Notes: generated by a model not told the origin, from the sequence alone. Positions 8,867-18,764 are shown, numbered from the stretch's first letter. The stretch is 64,000 bases of DNA from Patescibacteria group bacterium (GCA_041661625.1 JBAZUB010000002.1:28059-92058); one strand, 5' to 3'. Translations and numbers: made by a program.

Positions 8867-10615
8867 GTGCTCAGATCGCATTGGCGCAAACTCAAGACTA
8901 CTGTCGAGCCGCTGGTCGTCAGCGGCCGCCGCCTGATCGTACCCACCTGCCTGTTGATTGCGGCGGTCCAGGCCATGCAGTTTGCCGGCCCGTATCTGTT
9001 CAAGTACGTGATCGACGGGTTAGCCACCGGCGTTGCCGGCCGGCCGGTTCGGCTAATCTGGATCTCGTTCGGGGTCTGGATGCTGCTGGGAGTGGTCAAG
9101 AAGTACCGCGATGAACATATCTTCACCTACCTGTTGCTGCTCCAGAAACACCTGCCGCTCCAGGCGGCCGCCAAATTGGTGTCGCTGCCGCTGGGGTACC
9201 ACGAGCAAAACAACACTGGCAGTACGATCAACAAGATCCGCCGCGGAGCCGACATGTTCGAGTACCTCAATGGCACGTTCTTGTTCGAATTTCTGCCGAC
9301 GGTTATTCAGACAGTCGCCACGTTCGTTATCTTGTTGGTGCTCAACTGGCGGATCGCTCTGCTCTTCTCGGCGGTCATACCGCCGTACGCGGTTGTGACA
9401 TACTGGCTGAACCGGCGGGTGCAGCCATTGCGCCGCAGCCGGTTCGATGGCTACGAAGTGAGCGCTTCCACGCTGACGCAGACGATCATGAATGTGGGCA
9501 CGGTGCAGTCGTACGCCCAAGAAGAAGCGGAGGTGCGGCGGTTGACCGACATCCAACATAGTATCTTTACCACGGAACTGCAGGAGTGGCGGACTGTCAT
9601 TCGGGTGAATTTGCTGCGCGACCTGATCATTAATCTGGGCAGGCTGGCTGTCCTGTTGGTCAGCACGACGTTCATCATGCGGCATGAAATCAGCTTGGGC
9701 AGCCTGGTGTTGTTTCTGTCGCTGTCGGAGCAGGCGTACTTTTCGCTGTTCCGGCTGTCGCGCATCTTCGACATCTCGGCTGAGGGAGCGGAGGCGATTA
9801 CCCGGCTATCCACTCTGGTGAAGGAGCGGCCGGCTATTGTCTCGCCGCCCGACGCTGTACCGGTAACGCGGCTGAATGGAGGCATACACTTCGAACATGT
9901 CACATTCGCCTATACGGCTAACGGCGATGAGGCGCTAAATGACATCTCATTTGCCGTCCAGCCGGGCGAAACAGTGGCATTGGTCGGGACGAGTGGTAGC
10001 GGTAAGACAACGATCGTCAAGCTGTTGTACCGGCATTATGACGTGACCGGAGGGCGGGTGGCTATCGACGGACAGGACGTGCGCCAATTGCCGCTGTCGG
10101 AGGTCAGAGGGCAAATGGCAATCGTACCGCAGGAAGTCGATCTCTTCGACCGGACGATTCGTGACAACATCGCGTTTGCCCATCCGGGTGCGACTGATGA
10201 GCAAGTCATTCAGGCGGCCAAGCTGGCGCACGCGCATGAGTTTATTGTCCGGCTGCCTGATGGCTACAACACGCTGGTGGGAGAGCGCGGTTATCGCTTA
10301 TCCGGCGGCCAACGCCAGCGGGTGGGCATTGCGCGGGCGATCCTGACTGATCCGCGGATCCTGATCTTCGACGAGGCGACCAGCCAGCTGGACAGCCAGT
10401 CCGAGCGGCTGATCCAAACGGCGCTGGACCACCTCCGGCGCGGCCGCACCACCATCCTCATCGCCCACCGGCTGAGCACGATCCAGCGGGCCGACCGGAT
10501 CCTGGTCTTCGACCGGGGCCGGCTGATCGAACAGGGCGATCACGCTCGTCTGGTCTCCCGCAACGGCCTGTATGCCAGTCTGCATCGGCTGCAAGTGGAG
10601 GGAGCAGTCGTGTGA
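8867..10615 (+). CDS. ABC exporter, fused permease + ATPase (MsbA/Sav1866-like)
   Basis: N-terminal TM domain; GTSGSGKT, LSGGQRQR, IFDEATSQLD, IAHRLST. Confidence 0.95.
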   Translation: MLRSHWRKLKTTVEPLVVSGRRLIVPTCLLIAAVQAMQFAGPYLFKYVIDGLATGVAGRPVRLIWISFGVWMLLGVVKKYRDEHIFTYLLLLQKHLPLQAAAKLVSLPLGYHEQNNTGSTINKIRRGADMFEYLNGTFLFEFLPTVIQTVATFVILLVLNWRIALLFSAVIPPYAVVTYWLNRRVQPLRRSRFDGYEVSASTLTQTIMNVGTVQSYAQEEAEVRRLTDIQHSIFTTELQEWRTVIRVNLLRDLIINLGRLAVLLVSTTFIMRHEISLGSLVLFLSLSEQAYFSLFRLSRIFDISAEGAEAITRLSTLVKERPAIVSPPDAVPVTRLNGGIHFEHVTFAYTANGDEALNDISFAVQPGETVALVGTSGSGKTTIVKLLYRHYDVTGGRVAIDGQDVRQLPLSEVRGQMAIVPQEVDLFDRTIRDNIAFAHPGATDEQVIQAAKLAHAHEFIVRLPDGYNTLVGERGYRLSGGQRQRVGIARAILTDPRILIFDEATSQLDSQSERLIQTALDHLRRGRTTILIAHRLSTIQRADRILVFDRGRLIEQGDHARLVSRNGLYASLHRLQVEGAVV

Positions 10616-10622
10616 TGTTCGT

Positions 10623-10652
10623 AAGGCGTTTCCGAATTCGGGGACGCCTTTA
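10623..10652 (+). terminator. terminator
   Basis: AAGGCGTTTCC...GGGGACGCCTT hairpin right after the stop. Confidence 0.6.
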
Positions 10653-10725
10653 TCTATATCGACAAACTTACCCGATTACAGTTATAATTATTAAAGACGC
10701 CTTTTGATTTCTAACCACTAACTTT

Positions 10726-11991
10726 GTGAGCGACTATACCATCCTGCCACTATCACAGCTGACGCCACACGATCGGCCGGTGGCTGCGGCTATCCAGGCT
10801 GAATTGGAACGGCAGCGCCATGGGCTGGAAATGATCCCATCCGAAAACTTCCCATCGCTGAATGTGCTGGCTGCGCTGGGTTCGGTATTGAATAATAAAT
10901 ACGCCGAGGGCTATCCGGGCAAGCGGTATTATGGCGGCACGGAATTTGTCGACACGATCGAACAGCTGGCCATTGATCGAGCGAAGCAATTATTCGGTGC
11001 CGAGCATGTTAATGTGCAACCGCTATCCGGCGCGCCGGCCAATATCGCGGTCTACTCGGCCTTGCTCGAACCGGGCGACACCGTATTAGGCATGGACCTT
11101 TCGCACGGTGGACACCTGACGCATGGCCACCCGGTCACCTGGATGTCGAAGCTGTTCAAATTCATACGTTACAAGACCACACCGACCGGTGAGATCGACT
11201 ACGAACAGGTACGAGACCTGGCGCTCGAACATCACCCAAAGCTGATTCTTTGCGGCTACTCGGCTTATTCGCGCGAGATCGATTATCAAAAATTCAAGGA
11301 TATTGCCGAAGAAATCGGCGCCTACACTATGGCCGATATCGCCCACCCAGCCGGCCTAGTCGCTGCCGGAGTAATGAAGAACCCGGTGCCGTTGTTTGAC
11401 GTTGTCACGACGACCACCCACAAGACACTGCGCGGACCGCGTGGGGGAATGATTATGTGTCGAAACGATCTAGCCAAGAAAATCGATGCGGCGGTATTTC
11501 CCGGATTTCAGGGCGGACCGCACGAACATCAGATTGCCGCCAAGGCAATTGCCTTTGGTGAGGCGCTACAACCAGAATTCGAAGACTATGGAGCCCAGGT
11601 GCTGCGTAATGCCCGGGCGCTGGCCGAATCACTGGCGGCGGGCGGATTGCCGATTATGTTCGGTCGTACCGAAAATCATCTGGTCCTGGTTGATGTCACT
11701 TCGTTTGGTATCGGAGGCAAACAAGCTCAAGCCATATTGGACAACGTACGTATTACGGTGAATAAGAACATGATTCCAGACGACATCCGTCCGCCGATGG
11801 ATCCGTCGGGTATCAGACTGGGTTCGCCGGCGCTCACCACGCGCGGTTTTACGGAATCAGATATGCGCCGGATCGGCACCGCTATTGTTGAACGACTGCG
11901 CTACCCCGACAGCGAGGAAGTGCGTGAACGCACCCTTGGCTTGGTAAAAGAATTAGCCGATATGCATCCGCTATATCCGGAGCTAAACTGA
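10726..11991 (+). CDS. glyA: serine hydroxymethyltransferase
   Basis: [36 protein letters not shown]. Confidence 0.98.
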   Translation: MSDYTILPLSQLTPHDRPVAAAIQAELERQRHGLEMIPSENFPSLNVLAALGSVLNNKYAEGYPGKRYYGGTEFVDTIEQLAIDRAKQLFGAEHVNVQPLSGAPANIAVYSALLEPGDTVLGMDLSHGGHLTHGHPVTWMSKLFKFIRYKTTPTGEIDYEQVRDLALEHHPKLILCGYSAYSREIDYQKFKDIAEEIGAYTMADIAHPAGLVAAGVMKNPVPLFDVVTTTTHKTLRGPRGGMIMCRNDLAKKIDAAVFPGFQGGPHEHQIAAKAIAFGEALQPEFEDYGAQVLRNARALAESLAAGGLPIMFGRTENHLVLVDVTSFGIGGKQAQAILDNVRITVNKNMIPDDIRPPMDPSGIRLGSPALTTRGFTESDMRRIGTAIVERLRYPDSEEVRERTLGLVKELADMHPLYPELN

Positions 11992-12842
11992 TGAAATCTA
12001 TCGATGGTCGAGCGCTGGCCCAACATCTCAGGAATGATATTAAAAACGAAATCACTCAATCGGGAATCAAACCCGGACTGGCTATTGTTTTAGTCGGTGA
12101 TGATCCGGCCTCACAGCTATACGTCAGCCTGAAGGAACGTGCCTGCCAAGAGGTGGGCATTGTCTTCGAAAAACACCTGCTGCCGACTGATGCGCTAGCC
12201 GAGCAGGTGATTGGCTTGATTGAAGAATTAAACGAGCGCGCCGATATCCATGGCATAGTGGTTCAATTGCCACTGCCGCATCACTTGAACGAGGACAATA
12301 TTATTTCCGCGATCAATCCGCTAAAAGACGCCGATGGTTTTCATCCAGACAATCTGGCCAGCTTAGCGGCCGAGAAGCCCAAGCTAATGCCGGCGCTGAC
12401 TTTGAGCATTTTGGATTTGATTCATAGCACGGGTGTCAACGTGCAAGACCGGCTGGTTGTGGTACTTGCCAACAGCCGCGTTTTTTATAAACCCCAGGCT
12501 CAGGTATTGCAGCAAGCCGGTGCTCGGACAGAGTTTGTCGGCACGGACGTAACCAGTCCGTTCGTACTCGAGGCGGATATTGTTATCATTGCTCTTGGTA
12601 AGCCGGGGGTGCTGAAGGCCGAACACGTAAAAGATGGGGTAGTGATAATCGACGTGGGAATAACCAAGACAGCTCAGGGCGTGGTTGGAGATGCCGATCC
12701 GGAATCATTGGCAGCAAAATCCGGATGGCTAACCCCGGTGCCGGGTGGAGTCGGGCCAATGACAGTGGCGCACTTATTGGGCAATACTGTGCAAGCGGCG
12801 CGGATGCTGCAGGCTCACCAACCACCCCCTACTTCAAAATAA
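11991..12842 (+). CDS. folD: methylenetetrahydrofolate dehydrogenase/cyclohydrolase
   Basis: VGDDPASQLYV, VQLPLP, KDADGFHP, TPVPGGVGPMTVA. Confidence 0.96.
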   Translation: MKSIDGRALAQHLRNDIKNEITQSGIKPGLAIVLVGDDPASQLYVSLKERACQEVGIVFEKHLLPTDALAEQVIGLIEELNERADIHGIVVQLPLPHHLNEDNIISAINPLKDADGFHPDNLASLAAEKPKLMPALTLSILDLIHSTGVNVQDRLVVVLANSRVFYKPQAQVLQQAGARTEFVGTDVTSPFVLEADIVIIALGKPGVLKAEHVKDGVVIIDVGITKTAQGVVGDADPESLAAKSGWLTPVPGGVGPMTVAHLLGNTVQAARMLQAHQPPPTSK

Positions 12843-12871
12843 AATCTTAAGACAAGGTTCAAAGATACTAC

Positions 12872-12906
12872 AAACTGCCCCCTCCTTTGTAAGGAGGGGG
12901 CAGTTT
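12872..12906. terminator. bidirectional terminator
   Basis: AAACTGCCCCCTCCTT-TGT-AAGGAGGGGGCAGTTT perfect 16-bp stem between convergent genes. Confidence 0.85.
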
Positions 12907-12936
12907 AAAGAATTGTGCTGCTAAGTTGGTTTGGGT

Positions 12937-13674
12937 TTAACCGGGGCCGAGCGGGTTGTGGTTGCTCATGACTTCGGTATAATCGTCAAAGCCATCGCCA
13001 TCTGTATCACGATTGAATGGATCCGTGCCAATCGTCCGTTCGGAAGCATCGGTCAAGCCATCCTGGTCGGAGTCGACGTTAGCGTTGACGTTTGAGTTGC
13101 TATTGGTGTTGCTATTGAGGTTACTGTTAGCATTGGCATTAATATTGCTATTCAAGTTGGAAGAATTAACGTTCGAATTCCGGTCCGCGTTTGTGTTGGC
13201 GTTTCCGTTCAGATTCGTGTTGGCGTTAACGTTTTCATTCGAGTTGCCGTTAGTGTTGCTGGTATTCGTATTATCATTTAAGTTCTGATTGAGATTGCCG
13301 TTTAAGTTGCTGTTCAAATTGGAATTCAGGTTGGCATTGCTATTCCGATTGAAATTTATATTGCCAGTCGTATTGGTATTGAGATTTGAGTTATTAACAG
13401 TGGAATTCGTGTTGGAATTATCATTTTTAGCGGTCAGGTTTTGAAATAAGAAAATGGCTCCGATGACCACTCCAGCCAGGATGAGCAGAATTATTACACC
13501 AATAATAATGTACTTCTTGCGGCCGGAATTGTCCGAATATTGGGGTTCGGGCGGGCCGCCGGCAGGAGTTGTCGGCGGAACGTTTACATTCGGCATGGTG
13601 GGTGACATTGGCGGCTGCCCAATAGGAGGGGGCGTATTGCCCGGTGGGGTGATATTGGCGGGATCGTCGAACAT
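12937..13674 (-). CDS. single-pass membrane protein with Pro-rich N-terminus, Asn-rich linker and DxDxDG Ca-binding (TSP3-like) repeats
   Basis: TM segment IIIGVIILLILAGVVIGAIFLF; N/S/T low complexity; DSDQDGLTD and DTDGDGFDD. Confidence 0.85.
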   Translation of the reverse strand: MFDDPANITPPGNTPPPIGQPPMSPTMPNVNVPPTTPAGGPPEPQYSDNSGRKKYIIIGVIILLILAGVVIGAIFLFQNLTAKNDNSNTNSTVNNSNLNTNTTGNINFNRNSNANLNSNLNSNLNGNLNQNLNDNTNTSNTNGNSNENVNANTNLNGNANTNADRNSNVNSSNLNSNINANANSNLNSNTNSNSNVNANVDSDQDGLTDASERTIGTDPFNRDTDGDGFDDYTEVMSNHNPLGPG

Positions 13675-13742
13675 GCTATTGTTGTTTATTTGATAACTAC
13701 TAATACTATACCACAAACGCACCATTGAAACAAAATCCACGG

Positions 13743-13771
13743 TTGACTAAGCGGGCAGAAAACGCTAGATT
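13743..13771 (+). promoter_or_regulatory. native ychF promoter, now reading into the element
   Basis: TTGACT-17 nt-TAGATT, 30 nt upstream of the orphaned ychF ATG (13802). Confidence 0.7.
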
Positions 13772-13801
13772 TAAGAGACTCTTATTACCCAGAACCATAA
13801 C

Positions 13802-13846
13802 ATGTCCTTCTCAGTCGGCATTGTACGAACACAACCCAACATTTAG
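13802..13846 (+). pseudogene. ychF: orphaned native 5' end of ychF at attL (MSFSVG|IVRTQPNI*)
   Basis: ATG TCC TTC TCA GTC GG joins in frame to 31358 onward to rebuild MSFSVGIVGLPNVGKSTLF. Confidence 0.85.
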
Positions 13847-13944
13847 AAAGAGCAACAAACCCCAAGTTGATACCCTTTTTCTTCGAAATCAAGCTTCCCG
13901 CCACACGTAGTGCTGTGGTGCACAAAGAAACTATACATTCATAG
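13819..13944 (+). other. detached 3' end of the recombinase gene (41 codons, rejoined on excision)
   Basis: open frame HCTNTTQHLERATNPKLIPFFFEIKLPATRSAVVHKETIHS*, in frame with recombinase codon 532 once attP is reconstructed. Confidence 0.7.
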
Positions 13945-14121
13945 ACCATAAATAAAATCTCCCTTAGCTGGGAGTTTTTTGGTTGTAATGATACTCTTAA
14001 TTGCCGACTGTTAATGAAATAGCTAACTGGATGGCAGAAAACAGCCTCTACTCCCAACCTCGTTACACTATTTCTTTACCCACCTTACGCTTACCCCAAT
14101 GGTATATGGTTGCTCGAAGCT

Positions 14122-15267
14122 TTATAAGCGGTCATCAAGATCGTATATGGTATTTATTTTTCCAGACAATACGCTTATGAATCTAGGTTTAGTCGATAAC
14201 TGACGAATAACTGTCGGTCTAGAATCATCAATTTCAGAAGCTAATAGTATTGGCTTGATCGCAAACATCGACCCCTGATAGTCAAGATTGATATTTGACA
14301 CCAAATATTTTTTCGACAAACTTACCATATTCTCCCAGGCTGTAGGCGGTTTTGCGATACACGTGTTGCAATTGCCTAATTGCCGCGAAGAGCAAGTACC
14401 GTGCGATTTGGGCTGGCAAGGGAAGGACGGCTGTTCATCATATGACGCCTGTTGGGGTGTGTGCATAACCGAGGTCAACGTGTGTAATGGTTGTAAACCA
14501 AAAGGCATGATGGAAAAATATAAACCATCAGCAACAGTAAGGCCAGCGCCTTTCATTTTGCTTGATGCTTTACATAAACATACCTCGCACAACTCATATT
14601 TTATTTTGTATTTCTCAAGACCAAACCTAGCGTTTATTTGGTTCACGCTAGCATACGTGGCGTTTACAACATAAGAAGTCCTGATACTGTGCGTATTATC
14701 AAATTCTATTACGTAGTCCGTGTCATCTTTAACGATGTTGGTTAGCTCTTTATTTAGCTCAATGCTAATGTTGCTCTTGCGTGAGATTCTTTTTCGTAAT
14801 TCGTTTTTCACTTTAAAAAAATCAAAGCTACACTCCTTCGTTTCGAACGCGGCCAGAGTGGAGCCTGGCACAAAGTATCTATCAGTATCACATGCGCGAA
14901 TCGGAATGCCAACTTTTAGACAAAATTGGATATATTCATCAGGGCTAGTTTTCGACCTGTTTGATGAAATCGCATATATTTGTTTAAACGACGCGTTAAT
15001 TGATGATTCAAAATCTCTAGCAAATCTATTGTAGTAATACGCCGTTTTTTCCGCTGTTTCTATACTACGAGGATAATGATACCCATTATGTAGTCTGGCT
15101 TGATTCACCATACTGGCCCTACCGAAAATATTGGAATCAATATCGACCACGATAATGTGTTTGTGCTTTTTGGCCAATACTAACGCAGCGTAAAGACCAT
15201 ATATACCAGCCCCCAATATTATTACATCACATTGTTTACGGTTCTTGATGCTTACTCGCTTGTGCAT
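14122..15267 (-). CDS. FAD-dependent oxidoreductase
   Basis: IILGAGIYG Rossmann motif, ASMVNQARLHNGYHYPRS, SGKI at the C-terminus. Confidence 0.88.
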   Translation of the reverse strand: MHKRVSIKNRKQCDVIILGAGIYGLYAALVLAKKHKHIIVVDIDSNIFGRASMVNQARLHNGYHYPRSIETAEKTAYYYNRFARDFESSINASFKQIYAISSNRSKTSPDEYIQFCLKVGIPIRACDTDRYFVPGSTLAAFETKECSFDFFKVKNELRKRISRKSNISIELNKELTNIVKDDTDYVIEFDNTHSIRTSYVVNATYASVNQINARFGLEKYKIKYELCEVCLCKASSKMKGAGLTVADGLYFSIMPFGLQPLHTLTSVMHTPQQASYDEQPSFPCQPKSHGTCSSRQLGNCNTCIAKPPTAWENMVSLSKKYLVSNINLDYQGSMFAIKPILLASEIDDSRPTVIRQLSTKPRFISVLSGKINTIYDLDDRL

Positions 15268-16093
15268 ACCAGTGCTTTGCGGCATTTATTGATTCAGTTA
15301 AATCATCCGATAGATTATCGGGCTTTGGCACCATTTCTACTGAGTAATAACCGGCATATGATTTATTCATTGTTAGCGTCACTACTTCCTGGTATATTGC
15401 ATTATCTACTTGAACACGTCCCAGACCTGGACTGCTAAAATGAACATGTCCGATCATCCCCACAGCGTTGGCAACCACGGTTTGTGGATCCTCCTGATTA
15501 CTTATCATAGTGCCGGTATCTAAATTTATAGCTAAACCGGGTTGATGAACGTGGTTTAGAAACTCGATTACCTCCGATGAGGTAGTGAATATATCATTCT
15601 CTTGTTGACGTGGTATTGGTTCGATACAAAAAGACATGTTGTGTTTGTGAGCAAATCCTCCAATATTAACGAAGAATGCTGCAACCAAGTCATTTGTATC
15701 TTGATTTAAGTTGGGATTTAATGCGCGGTGGCGTGGAGACCCAAACACAATAGCCCGTATGCCCAGTTGTGCGCCGATTGATATAAGATGTTTGATATAT
15801 CGGAGCGCGAAGTTATAGTCATCTTTATTTTGAAATATCCTGAGATCAGGATAGTTATATAGAAGCGATTGCATTGCTACTGGCCGTAAATTATTCCGTT
15901 GTAGCGTTCTTAAATAGCTTTCAATGTCTGCTCTGCTTACACTCTCGGGTTTATCCCATATGCGCGTTGGACAGATTTCCAAATAAGAAACATCCAATTG
16001 GGTGAGCAATGAGTAAATTTGATCATTAACTGATTTATCCCAAGCAATATTGGATACTGCCAAGTGAATTGTGTCAGCATTATTGTTAGTCAT
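15236..16093 (-). CDS. sugar phosphate isomerase/epimerase (xylose-isomerase-like TIM barrel)
   Basis: LAVSNIAW, VFGSP, CIEP, NLDTG, HVHFS, SVEM; true start taken as ATG 16093. Confidence 0.88.
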   Translation of the reverse strand: MTNNNADTIHLAVSNIAWDKSVNDQIYSLLTQLDVSYLEICPTRIWDKPESVSRADIESYLRTLQRNNLRPVAMQSLLYNYPDLRIFQNKDDYNFALRYIKHLISIGAQLGIRAIVFGSPRHRALNPNLNQDTNDLVAAFFVNIGGFAHKHNMSFCIEPIPRQQENDIFTTSSEVIEFLNHVHQPGLAINLDTGTMISNQEDPQTVVANAVGMIGHVHFSSPGLGRVQVDNAIYQEVVTLTMNKSYAGYYSVEMVPKPDNLSDDLTESINAAKHWYAQASKHQEP

Positions 16094-16127
16094 TTGTATA
16101 ATTGTAGTACCGTGTGGACAAAAAAGC

Positions 16128-16162
16128 AAAAAAAAGACGGGGAACATTGCCATTCCCCGACT
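16128..16162 (-). terminator. terminator of the hyp-ndk-kinase cassette
   Basis: minus strand GGGGAATGGCAATGTTCCCC followed by T8. Confidence 0.8.
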
Positions 16163-16188
16163 AACCTTCGGATTACCGCTGATGTCCC

Positions 16189-16749
16189 CTATGCAACTTC
16201 GGGGCAATGTTCGGCGATCATCGCATCCGCCGCGCGATAGAGATCGTCGATCGTTCCCGAGTTGTCGATCAGCACATCGGCTACCGGCTCGATGTCGGGC
16301 ACGTGCCAAGCGACTTTCCGCTCATCACGTGGCAGCAGATAGGCCTTGGCCTCCTCGATGCTGGCCAAGTTCTCGCGAATGACCTGCCGTTCGAGGCGGA
16401 TCTCCTGAGACATGTTCACCCAGACGATGACGGCCCGGCTGCCAATCTGCTCGCGCATATAGAGACCGAGGTCTGGCCCATAGAGACTCTCCAGGCAGCA
16501 GCATTCGATACCGTTCTCGTTCACCCACCGTAGGAACTGCTTCGTGAACTCCTCGTGAAGCCAACGGGGGCGCTCAAACGCGGCTCGCTCGTTCCACTCC
16601 ACGAAGTCACCGGAGTGTCCCTCGTTTTCCATCACCATCCTCATGAATGTGACGATCTTGAGCCTCGTGATGCCCTTCGAATCGAGGTAGCGGCCGAACG
16701 TGCTCTTTCCAGATTCGCTCATGCCGCCGATCAGGAACACCTTCTTCAT
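16189..16749 (-). CDS. P-loop nucleoside-monophosphate/dephospho-CoA kinase-like protein
   Basis: GGMSESGKST Walker A, IRLER lid, ADVLIDNSGT C-terminal motif. Confidence 0.8.
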   Translation of the reverse strand: MKKVFLIGGMSESGKSTFGRYLDSKGITRLKIVTFMRMVMENEGHSGDFVEWNERAAFERPRWLHEEFTKQFLRWVNENGIECCCLESLYGPDLGLYMREQIGSRAVIVWVNMSQEIRLERQVIRENLASIEEAKAYLLPRDERKVAWHVPDIEPVADVLIDNSGTIDDLYRAADAMIAEHCPEVA

Positions 16750-17150
16750 GATCCCTCCTCCATCAATAGTCGGGTCTGTTCTTCAGATTCCGCCGGCGTG
16801 TGAGGCCCGTGTGCCACGTTTCTGATAATGCTTTCAGCCCATAGCATGCGGATACCGGAAGCCGGCTCCCTCTTGCCGATGATTTCTCGCACTTTGCGAA
16901 TGGCGTCTTCACCCTCCACGATGAAGATGTGTAAGGGTGCCGAAGCCATGAACTCGACCAGCTCAGGAAAGTAGTCACGGTGAGAAAATTCTCGATACAG
17001 TTCGGTGGCAGTTGCGACCGTGATCGTCTTCCTTCTCTCCTCGACGACTCTTAACTGAGCAGCCACTATCAATTCCCGGATCCTGTCAACCAGCCCCTTA
17101 GCTACCCCGTCGGGTTTCACTAGGAGCATCGACCTTTCCACGGCGCACAT
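16746..17150 (-). CDS. ndk: nucleoside-diphosphate kinase (divergent)
   Basis: LLVKPDG, YFPELVEFM, IR...RNVAHG with the catalytic His; ATGA/TAATG overlaps with neighbours. Confidence 0.9.
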   Translation of the reverse strand: MCAVERSMLLVKPDGVAKGLVDRIRELIVAAQLRVVEERRKTITVATATELYREFSHRDYFPELVEFMASAPLHIFIVEGEDAIRKVREIIGKREPASGIRMLWAESIIRNVAHGPHTPAESEEQTRLLMEEGS

Positions 17151-17923
17151 TACTCCCTCCCTTGGGGTAACCACTGGCTTGGCCAGTCTATGTCTACTGA
17201 GACCAGTCGGCCATCAGGAAGCAAAGCAAACTCCCATGTCGGCATCGGTGCGATACGCGCGAGTTGTGCGAACGCATACGAATGAGACTGAAGCGTGTGG
17301 CATATGCTCCGGATAACCGTCGCAGGCAATATGTTGGCATATCCGACCTCGCGTAGTCGATATGAAGCCTCGATGTAGTCTGAGTAGTCGAGTGTGAATT
17401 GCTGTAATTCTCCCGTATACGCGGGCAATTGCCGATCGAACAGAATCTTGTTCGGCAAAACACCCCGCTGCATCTCAAGCACCTGACGATCACCATCGAG
17501 ATACAGCACATGTCCCGCGATGGATTCCGGTCCCCAAATCACCGGGGTAAACTCGACCCAGGTAGCTGGTCGCAGTTTTAGAATCTCTTGGAGCGCCCGA
17601 CCTTGATCGATAATGCGTTTACGACCCTGGTCGTCTCTCCACTCCACCGTATGATCGCTTTGAATCTGGAACAGAGGCGGAACCGCAGTCAACATCGGTT
17701 TCTCGGAAACGATTACCAGGAATGCCTCACCGTGGGCGAGGTGGTCATGGTAAATCCGAGACACTTGATCCTGATCACTTACGGATACAGCACATGGTTC
17801 ACCATCAGATGGTAGACCAAGACCTCTCATCAATGCTCGTTTCTGGAGACGTATCGGGAGAGCTAGGTCAATCCCAAACTCTCGGGAATGGCTGACCAGA
17901 AAATCGTCTTTCATGACGGTCAT
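17150..17923 (-). CDS. hypothetical protein, possibly ATP-grasp (PPDK N-domain-like) fold
   Basis: AGGAGG RBS; K..LM..LGLP near the N-terminus and WEFALLPDGRL near the C-terminus weakly recall PPDK/PEP-synthase ATP-grasp. Confidence 0.6.
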   Translation of the reverse strand: MTVMKDDFLVSHSREFGIDLALPIRLQKRALMRGLGLPSDGEPCAVSVSDQDQVSRIYHDHLAHGEAFLVIVSEKPMLTAVPPLFQIQSDHTVEWRDDQGRKRIIDQGRALQEILKLRPATWVEFTPVIWGPESIAGHVLYLDGDRQVLEMQRGVLPNKILFDRQLPAYTGELQQFTLDYSDYIEASYRLREVGYANILPATVIRSICHTLQSHSYAFAQLARIAPMPTWEFALLPDGRLVSVDIDWPSQWLPQGRE

Positions 17924-17999
17924 TAGCCCCTCCTTTGAGGTTTGAGGTTTTTTGTCACGACTATCCGGCAGTTTTCACCGGTAGCGATTGTCTACTATG

Positions 18000-18764
18000 T
18001 CAAAGGTCATAAAGAGCGAATAGACCACTGTATGGCTTTTTTGTAATTTTGTCAAGGTCCTTCTGGTTATGCAGGCTCCACCAATTACCACGATAACGAT
18101 AGACCTGTAGTGATTTAGGATCACTAGAAAATAGGTCTTCGTTCACTTCATCGAGATCGCTGGGAATGTTTTGTGCTGTGTACTGTCTCAATAACTGTGG
18201 TCGAATAATCATGCAGCCGGGTGACCACATATGTTGTAGCTTCGTCCGTCTAGATGATTTAATTTGATTCACTCCTTTAGCTGTGCCTACGCTGATTACC
18301 TTTCCTTGGCTAAACATAAGTTGTAAATGCGTGTCCGCTTCCTTATGTCTGTTGGTTACAAGTAATACGCTTTTGTCTGATGGTAATCCATGTATAATCA
18401 ACTTCGTAAAAAGATCCGGCGATAAGAGTACGTTGCCATCGCAATACAAGAATGGCTTTGTCCATTTCATTGTTGCCGCGCGTAGACGAGCAGGAAGGCT
18501 CATGTTCGGCGTATATTTTCCAAAGTGTATGCTGACCCCCCGTGATTTCCAATACGCCCGCGTCCTTGCAGCACTGCGATTGTGTTCTGGCCAGCCAAGA
18601 AGTACTACTGACCGTACGTTAGCTTGTTTTGCCATGGCAATGAGGTAATACAATAGCGGCTGGTTGGCGATTGGATAAAGCACTTTTGGGCCACGGTATT
18701 TTATTTTCTTAAAATAGTCGGAAATGCGTTGCCCGCGTCCCCCGACCGCAATTACCATTTTCAT
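18000..18764 (-). CDS. sugar-phosphate nucleotidyltransferase (NTP_transferase family)
   Basis: IAVGGRGQRI...PKVLYPIANQPLL signature. Confidence 0.82.
   Translation of the reverse strand: MKMVIAVGGRGQRISDYFKKIKYRGPKVLYPIANQPLLYYLIAMAKQANVRSVVLLGWPEHNRSAARTRAYWKSRGVSIHFGKYTPNMSLPARLRAATMKWTKPFLYCDGNVLLSPDLFTKLIIHGLPSDKSVLLVTNRHKEADTHLQLMFSQGKVISVGTAKGVNQIKSSRRTKLQHMWSPGCMIIRPQLLRQYTAQNIPSDLDEVNEDLFSSDPKSLQVYRYRGNWWSLHNQKDLDKITKKPYSGLFALYDL

Noticed and set aside
13080-13430. Repetitive TTG/GTT-rich DNA as CRISPR or tandem repeat
   Set aside because: It is Asn-rich low-complexity coding sequence with no regular repeat-spacer pattern
13785-14057. 90-aa minus-strand ORF across attL
   Set aside because: Spans the recombination junction with no homology cues; likely spurious
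16094-16309. N-terminal extension of the 357-aa ORF
   Set aside because: Overlaps the kinase gene and crosses a terminator; real start is ATG 16093
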